Shown piece after piece: positions 56,612 to 64,000 of a stretch of 64,000 nt of DNA. Both the position numbers and the translations under genes were made by a program. The DNA is from Candidatus Bathyarchaeia archaeon (GTDB lineage Archaea; Thermoproteota; Bathyarchaeia; Bathyarchaeales; Bathycorpusculaceae): contig JBEKWR010000011.1 in assembly GCA_049512935.1 (NCBI GenBank), positions 1 to 64,000 on the forward strand, in the 5' to 3' direction. Position 1 is the stretch's first letter, and each line of letters starts with the position of its first letter. A model generated the notes under the pieces. The model saw nothing but the letters and a program-made list of their open reading frames with translations, did not search any database and was not told where the DNA came from.

Positions 56612-57613
56612 TTACGGTTTGGTTATTTTGGGGCGCTTTATTTTGATGAAGACAAAGAAGGCTGCTGCGATCGCTGCAATCATTGCGAAGGACCCGACGG
56701 CTGATTCAGGCGCCACCTGTATGAAACCCGCGATGCTTATGCTGGTTGACACTGTCAGGTTTAAGGCTGGTCCGAGCCCGAGCAGGTTTTGGGCTGTGCT
56801 TGTCTGGTTCGTGAGGTCTATGTATTCCTGCGGCCACACGCTCTGAGTTGAGGCTTCAAGTTTGATCGTTGAACCAGGCGGCGTGTCTGTGGGAACCTTA
56901 ACGGTGACCTGTGCGACACCATTGCTGTCTGTGAAGGCCTGCGCTGAGTTAACGTACGTGGAGTTCAATGTTTCGCTGGTGCCGCCTGAAAGTTCAAGCG
57001 TCGCGTTAAAGAGGATTTGAACGCTCGCCCGCGGCGTGCCCGTTGAATTGGTCAGCTGCGCTTGAAAAGTTACTGTTTGACCTGGAAGGGCAGTCAAGTT
57101 GCCAACTGCAGGCGAGACCCATTTCAACTGGTCTCCCTGACGCACCACGTCTTTGCCTGCGGCGGTTGCCGCCAAGTTGATTCCCGCGTTTTGGATGGAT
57201 GAAGGCAGATTCAACTGGCTCGAATTGTAGTTGCCTATGATTCTCCAGATTGCGTCTTGAACGATGGCTGCGGTGTCGTTGTTTGTCACGGGAGTCCAGC
57301 TTAGGATGTAGCTGATTGCTCGCCATTGTGCCGTGTCGTTTGCTTGTGCAATATCGGCTTGGTAGGTTGAGTTTTCGTAGACTGTGCCGTTGTAGTTTAG
57401 GCAGTAGACTTCATCGGAGTATGTTGACGCGCCTGACGTTATCGTGACGGGAAACTGGCCGACCCAGGTGTTGTCTGAAATAATGCCTAAGTCCCCGTTG
57501 GAGTAGCTTGGGTAGCCCATTGTCACGCTGACGGCTTGCGCATAAACCAACGTAGTTGCAGCGGAAACGATTAATGCTGAAAGGATTACTGTTAACACTG
57601 CTTGCCTTCTCAC
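56612..57613 (-). CDS. Surface protein with a thioester (Cys-Gln/TQXA-type) domain, an Ig domain and a C-terminal sorting signal
   Basis: Signal peptide, VYCLNY, IVQDAIW and VAPES + TM + basic tail. Confidence 0.7.
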   Translation of the reverse strand: MRRQAVLTVILSALIVSAATTLVYAQAVSVTMGYPSYSNGDLGIISDNTWVGQFPVTITSGASTYSDEVYCLNYNGTVYENSTYQADIAQANDTAQWRAISYILSWTPVTNNDTAAIVQDAIWRIIGNYNSSQLNLPSSIQNAGINLAATAAGKDVVRQGDQLKWVSPAVGNLTALPGQTVTFQAQLTNSTGTPRASVQILFNATLELSGGTSETLNSTYVNSAQAFTDSNGVAQVTVKVPTDTPPGSTIKLEASTQSVWPQEYIDLTNQTSTAQNLLGLGPALNLTVSTSISIAGFIQVAPESAVGSFAMIAAIAAAFFVFIKIKRPKITKP

Positions 57614-57820
57614 GTTTTCTCACGTCGTACTTGTTAAGATACTTCGGAATGACGCAACGGTTAATATAAGCAGAATTTCCAAACGTAAAATGAGTCAAGA
57701 ACCGATATATTCCAAGATTCAGACACACGAGGCTTCGGCGGAAAAGCGAGCTTGAGGATAAGCAGTGAGCAACGCAAAATTTTAAAAAAGCAGACTCTCA
57801 TAACACTGAACTGGAACGCC

Positions 57821-59446
57821 ATGTTCAACTCTGCGCCTCGACGGTTAATTTTGCCTTTCGCACCGCAAAAAAGCAGGGAACCGTTCAACGCCCAAGTTGA
57901 AGAAGCCGCTGTCTACGCGTTGGCTGAGCTTGAACGAATGAAGGGCGGCGGCTTGATTTTGAAGCAGCCAGAGGAAAAACTCTTGTTCTTAAGCAAGATC
58001 GGGTATCCCCTGTGGCTGTACCCCACAGGCGAAGCCGCGTACCTTTTCGACGGGTTGAACGGCTCCGCTTTCACCATGTCATATTTTGAGTTGCCCGCCG
58101 CCAAGGGGTTCATGGACAGTTTGGAAGACAACTCAAAAACTCGGGAAGGCTTCATGACTTTCCTCTCCGACCACAACAACTATTTTACGCAGCCGAAGAG
58201 GGAGAAGGAGCTTTCGCTCAGCAACCTGATCGTTGACGTGGAGTTTCTAAAGGAGCTTGATGTTTACCGCAAAGAAGCCGTTGAACTGGCTGGTCAGCCT
58301 GAAAATTTGTCTTTGCTTCCTCCGAGGCTTGACGAAGCAGCCATCGCTTCAATGCTGACGGAAATTGGCAACCTACAAGCGACTGTCAGGATGGACACTG
58401 AAACCTTCCAAGAATGTTTAAGGCTTCTGAACAAGACAACGGGGCAGTTCATCACCGAACTGGATTACGCGGCTGAAGCAGTAAAAGATGAGGCGAACGC
58501 TAAAATTAAGGCTCAAGAAGAAGTGATTAACCCCAAAATCGCCGCGTTGAACAGCCAATACAAACGGCGAATAGCCGACTTAACCAGCAGCTTCGATCAG
58601 GAACTTGAGAACCTGGGAAAGCAGAGAGCTAAAACTCAAAGCTCCATTGAAAGCGGCGAAGTCAAGATCAGGCTTTACCAGCGGGAAGCTGAAGCCCAAG
58701 CCTCCAAAAATCATTCGATCTACGAGAAGCGTTGGAGAGAAAAAAGCGCCCAAGCCAAGAAGGAGCTTGACGGGCTGAAGAAAGATCTGAAACGTGCCCA
58801 GAAAAACATCAAGAACCTAACCAAGCAGAAAGAGGCGCAAACAGCCCAGCTAAAGGCTGAGCTTGACGCGGAAATTAAGCATGCTCGACAACCCATAGTG
58901 GACCTTGAAAAAGCACGTGACGCTGAAATGCTTGTTTTCAAGCGGGAAACTGAGAAGTTGCTTAGGCTGGAGAAACCGATGGTTGATGGGCTTAACGGCG
59001 CCATTAACCTGGGCGAGGCTGTCAGCGCCAAATTCGCGTTGCTGGGCTTCGCAGATCAGCAGCTGAAGACTTCAGCGCTTTTTTATGTGCCCTTCTACGT
59101 GGCATGTTACCAGTCTGGGTTCAGCAAACGCTTCCTGTTCCTACCCCCGTTGACCTCAAGCACCATGAATTTCGTCGCCAAACTCAAAGGCGCATTCGGC
59201 GCGTCAAGAATCAAGCAGGTCCTGACGCCCCGCTTCAAATCCATAAGCGTGCTGATCGACAGTGTCCAAGAGCTCGCTAAACAAGAATCCCTGTTCGAGA
59301 GCCAAATTGTAGATTTAGGCGAAAAAAACAATCTCCTCATCAGGCAGTTTTCCCGCGGCAACATCGTTGAAGGCTTGGGTTACCTGCGGGCCGAAGGCTG
59401 GCTTTCAGACAAAGAGTACCAAGCAGTCAAGGACAGCTTGGCTTGA
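57821..59446 (+). CDS. Long coiled-coil hypothetical protein
   Basis: Central ~250-aa heptad region flanked by YPLW and FYVPFY domains. Confidence 0.75.
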   Translation: MFNSAPRRLILPFAPQKSREPFNAQVEEAAVYALAELERMKGGGLILKQPEEKLLFLSKIGYPLWLYPTGEAAYLFDGLNGSAFTMSYFELPAAKGFMDSLEDNSKTREGFMTFLSDHNNYFTQPKREKELSLSNLIVDVEFLKELDVYRKEAVELAGQPENLSLLPPRLDEAAIASMLTEIGNLQATVRMDTETFQECLRLLNKTTGQFITELDYAAEAVKDEANAKIKAQEEVINPKIAALNSQYKRRIADLTSSFDQELENLGKQRAKTQSSIESGEVKIRLYQREAEAQASKNHSIYEKRWREKSAQAKKELDGLKKDLKRAQKNIKNLTKQKEAQTAQLKAELDAEIKHARQPIVDLEKARDAEMLVFKRETEKLLRLEKPMVDGLNGAINLGEAVSAKFALLGFADQQLKTSALFYVPFYVACYQSGFSKRFLFLPPLTSSTMNFVAKLKGAFGASRIKQVLTPRFKSISVLIDSVQELAKQESLFESQIVDLGEKNNLLIRQFSRGNIVEGLGYLRAEGWLSDKEYQAVKDSLA

Positions 59447-59586
59447 TTCTTAGAAAGGTTTCAAAAAATTTATTGTACCTAAGCCGCAAGGACAAAAAAA
59501 TCCCCCGTCCAAAATTCAAAATCGAATAGCTGATTTTCAGAAAAAGACTTATAGGCTACCAGTGCTAACGTGTGGTGGTTTTTGAA

Positions 59587-59670
59587 ATGGTAAACCTATT
59601 TGTCAGAGAAGAAGAAGACGAAGAAGACTGCGACGACTGTGACTGCGAAGATTGCGAAGACGAAGAATAA
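59587..59670 (+). CDS. 27-aa acidic Cys-rich peptide (not in ORF track)
   Basis: MVNLFVREEEDEEDCDDCDCEDCEDEE*, followed by a T-rich tract. Confidence 0.5.
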   Translation: MVNLFVREEEDEEDCDDCDCEDCEDEE

Positions 59671-59721
59671 AACTTCTCACAACTTCCTTTTTCTTTCAGA
59701 TAAATCAAAGGCGGTTTAGAA

Positions 59722-60129
59722 ATGAAAAAGTTTACGGGCAAAACCTCGACGGCAATAATTCCTTTTCCAGACGACAAGATTTTGCTTGTTAAAAGGGACA
59801 CAGTGCCTTTCAAGTGCTACTGGGCACTGCCAGGCGGCAGAATGGAGCCGGGCGAAACCGTCGAGCAAACCATCGTTCGCGAATGCAAGGAGGAAACGGG
59901 GCTTAACGTGGAAATTGTTCGAGTAATCGGCGAGTACGTTGAGAAAGGCGTTAAGGACGACGTGAAATACGAGTATTACCCAACCTGTTTTGTGGTGAAG
60001 CCAGTCGGCGGGGAAATCAAGCGGCAGGAAAGCGAAATCCAGGAAATCCAGCTGTTCAGCCTAAAAGCGCTGCCAAAGCCGCTCGCGTTCGAACACGATA
60101 AGATGATAGTGGATTATTTAAGCCAATAA
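59722..60129 (+). CDS. NUDIX hydrolase
   Basis: PGGRMEPGETVEQTIVRECKEETGL Nudix box. Confidence 0.92.
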   Translation: MKKFTGKTSTAIIPFPDDKILLVKRDTVPFKCYWALPGGRMEPGETVEQTIVRECKEETGLNVEIVRVIGEYVEKGVKDDVKYEYYPTCFVVKPVGGEIKRQESEIQEIQLFSLKALPKPLAFEHDKMIVDYLSQ

Positions 60130-60135
60130 AATTGG

Positions 60136-60546
60136 CTACTGCTTCTCCAGTGCCTTTTTCAATTCGGCAAGTTCTTTTGAGAAGTCTGCTTCTTTGTCGG
60201 GCTTCATGCCCTTCTTGGAAACCTTAAGCACAGTTTCGTACCCCGTGTACTCCAGCATTTTCTCCATAATCCCCATTGCTCTGCCGCTCCCGAATAGGCG
60301 GTGAGTGCAAAACACGACGGCTTTTTTACCTTCCACTTTAGGCATGTTTTCGATGAAGGCTGAGGCTTCTTTTGCTGGGCTGGCACCTTCAACGGGAGTG
60401 CCAACAATTACGAGGTCAAAGTCTTGGATGGCTGACGGCTGCGTTTCTGCCATGGCGAAAATGGGCGCTTTCAGGGAATCGGCTATTGCTTGGGCTAAGC
60501 GTTTAGTGTTTCCGGTTCTTGAAAAGTAAACTACGCAGGTCTTCAT
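60136..60546 (-). CDS. Flavodoxin
   Basis: YFSRTGNT and GTPV motifs; likely start MKTC at 60546. Confidence 0.88.
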   Translation of the reverse strand: MKTCVVYFSRTGNTKRLAQAIADSLKAPIFAMAETQPSAIQDFDLVIVGTPVEGASPAKEASAFIENMPKVEGKKAVVFCTHRLFGSGRAMGIMEKMLEYTGYETVLKVSKKGMKPDKEADFSKELAELKKALEKQ

Positions 60547-60655
60547 GGTTTCTGATAGCGCTTGGTCGGTTAATATAACCTTCCATATAGCCACGGCGAG
60601 TTGGGGTGTTAATTTTAATAGTTAAGCAATAGTATTTTCTTTTGAGCGAAAAATC

Positions 60656-62428
60656 ATGGATTACTCAATAATCGCTGAAGCCTACGAGAAGATTGAAGCA
60701 ACCACGAAACGGCTTGAAATGACCGATTTGCTGGTTGAATTGCTAAAGAAAACGCCTAAAGAAGTCATAGCAAGGGTTGTTTACTTGACACAGGGCAAAC
60801 TTTACCCAGATTTCCTGGGCGTCGAGATGGGGGTCGCTGAAAAACTCGCCATCAAAGCCCTAGCCCGCGCTTCAGGGCAGAGCGAAACCGCCATCACAAA
60901 TGACCTGCAGAAAAGCGGCGACATAGGCCAAACGTCACAGACATTTCTGACTAAACGTAAGCAGTCAACGTTTTTCACTCGGAAACTCACCGCCGAGCAG
61001 GTTTATGAGACGCTGGACAAGCTGGCTAAAACTTCAGGGTCAGGTGCCGTGGACACGAAAATGGCGATGCTTTGCGGTCTTCTGACTGACGCGTCGCCCA
61101 TGGAGGCAAAATGGATTGTTCGAACGGTTACAGGCAACCTGCGGCTTGGCATCGCGGACATGACGGTTCTTGACGCTTTGGCAATTGCTTACGGCGGCGG
61201 GAAAGAAGCTCGGGAACTGGTTGAACGCGCTTACAACATTTCATCTGACCTCGGCAGGGTTGCAAACATAGTTGTCGAGAAAGGTTTAGACGGAATCGAA
61301 AAGTTCCAAGTGATGGTTTTCGAGCCGATAAGACCCATGCTTGCCGAGCGGCTGGCTTCTCCTGAGGAAATCCTCGACAAGCTGGGCGGAAAATGCGCAG
61401 CCGAGTACAAGTATGACGGGGAACGGGTACAGGCGCACAAGAAAGATGACAAAGTAATTTTGTTTTCCAGGCGCCTAGAAAACATTTCCAGCCAGTACCC
61501 TGACGCCGTGGAATTGATTAAGGAAAAAATCGGCGCTAAAGAAGCCATTTTGGAAGCCGAATGCGTCGCGATGGACTTGGATACAGGCGACATGCGACCC
61601 TTCCAAGAGCTGATGCATCGGCGGCGAAAGTACGGCGTTGAAGAAGCAATTTCGCAGTACCCGATTTCACTCTTCCCCTTTGACCTGCTCTACGTCGACG
61701 GCAAAGACTTAACCCTTGAACCCCTCCGCGAAAGACGCCGCGAACTCCAAAAAATCATCAAGGAAACCGACCGCGTAACCCCCGCCATCCAAAAAATCGT
61801 TAAAAACCCGAAGGAGCTTGAGGCTTTCTTCGAGGAAGCCATCGAGAAAGGCTGCGAAGGGTTAATGTGCAAATCCATCGCTGCAGACTCAGTTTACCAG
61901 GCGGGAAGCCGAGGTTGGCTGTGGATAAAGTACAAGCGCGACTACAAGAGCGAGATGACTGACACGGTGGATCTTGTGGTTGTCGGCGCTTTCCACGGCA
62001 GAGGCAAACGGGTTGGAACCTACGGCGCCCTGCTTTTAGCCACGTACAACGATGAAGAGGACACTTTTGAAACCGTAACTAAATGCGGCACAGGCTTCAC
62101 CGACAAAGACCTCGTAACGCTTCGAGACACCCTCGCGAAGCACATTATTCCCCGAAAAAACAGCCGCGTCAAATCCTTGCTGGAAGCAGATGTTTGGTTT
62201 GAACCCAGCTTGGTGCTTGAGATTTTAGGCGCTGAAATCACTTTGAGCCCCATTCACGTGTGCGCGATGGATTCAATACGGAAAGACAGCGGCTTGGCGA
62301 TTCGATTCCCCCGCTTCACAGGCAAGTACCGCACCGACAAAAGCCCCGAAGACGCAACAACTTCCAAGGAAATCGTTGAAATGTACCGCGCACAACTCAA
62401 AAAAATAAGCGAAACCCAAACTGCATAG
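60656..62428 (+). CDS. lig: ATP-dependent DNA ligase
   Basis: EYKYDGER, EGLMCK, WIKYK and RFPRF motifs. Confidence 0.96.
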   Translation: MDYSIIAEAYEKIEATTKRLEMTDLLVELLKKTPKEVIARVVYLTQGKLYPDFLGVEMGVAEKLAIKALARASGQSETAITNDLQKSGDIGQTSQTFLTKRKQSTFFTRKLTAEQVYETLDKLAKTSGSGAVDTKMAMLCGLLTDASPMEAKWIVRTVTGNLRLGIADMTVLDALAIAYGGGKEARELVERAYNISSDLGRVANIVVEKGLDGIEKFQVMVFEPIRPMLAERLASPEEILDKLGGKCAAEYKYDGERVQAHKKDDKVILFSRRLENISSQYPDAVELIKEKIGAKEAILEAECVAMDLDTGDMRPFQELMHRRRKYGVEEAISQYPISLFPFDLLYVDGKDLTLEPLRERRRELQKIIKETDRVTPAIQKIVKNPKELEAFFEEAIEKGCEGLMCKSIAADSVYQAGSRGWLWIKYKRDYKSEMTDTVDLVVVGAFHGRGKRVGTYGALLLATYNDEEDTFETVTKCGTGFTDKDLVTLRDTLAKHIIPRKNSRVKSLLEADVWFEPSLVLEILGAEITLSPIHVCAMDSIRKDSGLAIRFPRFTGKYRTDKSPEDATTSKEIVEMYRAQLKKISETQTA

Positions 62429-62430
62429 CG

Positions 62431-62699
62431 TCATTTCTTGCCGTAGGCAGTTTCCCGGGGAAGAATTGCGTATACTACAATTGAGCCTTCTTCTGAAAGG
62501 TCGAGGAGTAATCGGTAATCTCCAACTCTGACGCGATAGCTTTTGCCTAGACCCTGCAATTTCTTGACATCAAGCGACCGCACAAGCCTTCTTCTTCCAG
62601 CGTTCCTATGACATTGTTTATTCTTGACTGGACCCTGACAGACAAATGCTCAAGCTATTTCTGTGCCTTCTTCTCTATGAAAACTGAGAGTTTGGGCAA
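62431..62699 (-). pseudogene. relE: RelE-family toxin with an in-frame TAG and a frameshift
   Basis: LPKLSVFIEKKAQK*LEHL..., then a shifted frame LDVKKLQG..YRVRVGDYRL..ILPRETAY. Confidence 0.8.
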
Positions 62700-62706
62700 G
62701 AATCGA

Positions 62707-62916
62707 CTATCTTCCTTTTCCCGTCTTTTTCCAAGGCACAACTTCTAAAGTCTTGTTTTTCTTTTCCGCTTCGTATTCTCGGTAGGCTTCCGCCTCATCA
62801 GGCAAAGGTGCACATCCGATCACGCGTTCTTCAAGCAGTCCACTTAATCCTTCGACTTTTTTGTTCAGCTCCAAAAGCAAGCTTCGAATCTCCTTAAGTT
62901 CGGTTTCAGTGGTCAT
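62707..62916 (-). CDS. Probable antitoxin of the RelE pair
   Basis: 69 aa with PLPDEAEAYREY, directly upstream of the relE remnant. Confidence 0.65.
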   Translation of the reverse strand: MTTETELKEIRSLLLELNKKVEGLSGLLEERVIGCAPLPDEAEAYREYEAEKKNKTLEVVPWKKTGKGR

Positions 62917-63008
62917 GGCTTATCCTAAAATCCTATTGTGCCCATTTGTATTTAATGGTTGTCGATAGAAACAAATTGCGGGACCTTAAACCAAGAACTG
63001 TCGCGAGG

Positions 63009-63359
63009 TCATTTAAGGCGAAGGGCTCGTATTTTATTTTCTCTGACTATGATAAAATGCTTTTCAATTTGGGCTTGGCTTTTCAAAGCGTTTGAGACAA
63101 CTTCAACCACATGTTGGGATGATTTGGGAGCAAACTTTAGAAGGATTACACCCCAAGTCTTGAGTTTCTGCCTGAAAACAAGTTCTGAAAAGTCGGAATC
63201 AAATGTTATCAATACCCTTTGCTGCTGGACCGCAATCGCTAGTACTGCCTCGTCGCTTACTCCTGACGTTAGCTCCTTTAATGAAATAATGTCTATTCCT
63301 TTTCTTTTGAGCGCATTAACTGCTTTTTGGGAGATGTTTTCGTCGGCAAGAAGCTTTAT
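63009..63359 (-). CDS. DUF5615-like PIN protein with ATA at the start position
   Basis: IKLLADENI...SDEAVL...LITFDSDF; ATA overlaps the DUF433 stop. Confidence 0.75.
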   Translation of the reverse strand: MKLLADENISQKAVNALKRKGIDIISLKELTSGVSDEAVLAIAVQQQRVLITFDSDFSELVFRQKLKTWGVILLKFAPKSSQHVVEVVSNALKSQAQIEKHFIIVRENKIRALRLK

Positions 63360-63589
63360 GGTAATGGGTATACCTTCTCTTCTTTTACCATTTCAGCAGC
63401 GTACTTCAAGACAGCCATTATATCTTCGCGCTTTAACTGAGGATAATCATCCAATATTCTCTCAGTAGTCCAGCCGTTGGCAAGAAGATCTAAAACAAAC
63501 TCAACTGAAAGCCGCGTGTCCCTTATTACTGGTTTTCCAACTAGAATTTTTGGGTCAACTACGATTCTTTCTTGCCAATCATCCTGCAT
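63356..63589 (-). CDS. DUF433 antitoxin
   Basis: GKPVIRDTRLSV...YPQL motifs. Confidence 0.9.
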   Translation of the reverse strand: MQDDWQERIVVDPKILVGKPVIRDTRLSVEFVLDLLANGWTTERILDDYPQLKREDIMAVLKYAAEMVKEEKVYPLP

Positions 63590-63743
63590 ATTTTTTACCG
63601 ATTCATATTAAATCTATCAAGAAATATTAACACTTTTGCCTTACCTAAAACTGATTGAACACTTAATTCAGCTTCATTCTATTTTTGGAAGGCTAAAACT
63701 GATAAGCATCTACCGCTAAAATAAGAGTCGTGCGTGAATTGGT

Positions 63744-64000
63744 TTGGCGCAAGACCCAGAAAGAATGAAGTCACTTATCGCTTTTAAGAAGCGGCTTGAA
63801 GACCAGCTTGAAAAATTAGCTGCTGAATCCAAAGAATTGGAGGCGGCGCTGGATACGGTTAACGAGATTTTGCTTGAGAAAGGCTTCAAACGCGGGGACA
63901 TGAAAGAGGTTTCTGAAACGCCTCCGCCGACTATGCCTAAAGAAGTTGTTCTGCCGAAGCCCACGCCTGAGCCGCCAATCGTTGTTCAATATGCGCCTGA
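63744..64000 (+). CDS. Coiled-coil hypothetical protein (runs off the window)
   Basis: TTG start, LAQDPERMKSLIAFKKRLEDQLEKL..., open to the window end. Confidence 0.6.
   Translation, partial: MAQDPERMKSLIAFKKRLEDQLEKLAAESKELEAALDTVNEILLEKGFKRGDMKEVSETPPPTMPKEVVLPKPTPEPPIVVQYAP

Noticed and set aside
62959-63468. 169-aa plus-strand ORF and the many other antisense ORFs in the track
   Set aside because: These are shadows of well-supported genes on the opposite strand and have no motifs.

Overview
Archaeal chromosome window, most like Bathyarchaeia (fwdDBAC, archaellin-like gene, Nre, archaeal DNA ligase and EF-2, frequent TTG/GTG starts). It contains a Mo/W-cofactor and formylmethanofuran dehydrogenase cluster headed by a LysR/DsrE/TusA/SelD module (3.7-21.3 kb), two glutamine synthetases, EF-2, flavoproteins, GT-C glycosyltransferases, tRNA-Asp, Nre, DNA ligase and six toxin-antitoxin-like pairs. 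The most unusual structure is at 25.3-30.1 kb: 11 co-oriented, unrelated, mostly membrane or secreted small genes, nine of them preceded by the same ~30-bp motif. Two genes end with their stop codon inside that motif, so the region looks like an integron-like cassette array with no attC sites and no local integrase. Next to it is a restriction-modification islet bracketed by a duplicated glnA 3' end. Other notable items are a TA mini-island at tRNA-Asp, a structured ~200-bp repeat behind glnA and EF-2, a Cys-less FdhD near a Cys-type SelD, three disabled toxins, a thioester-domain surface protein and unannotated small proteins. All family calls come from motif recognition by eye; no searches were run.
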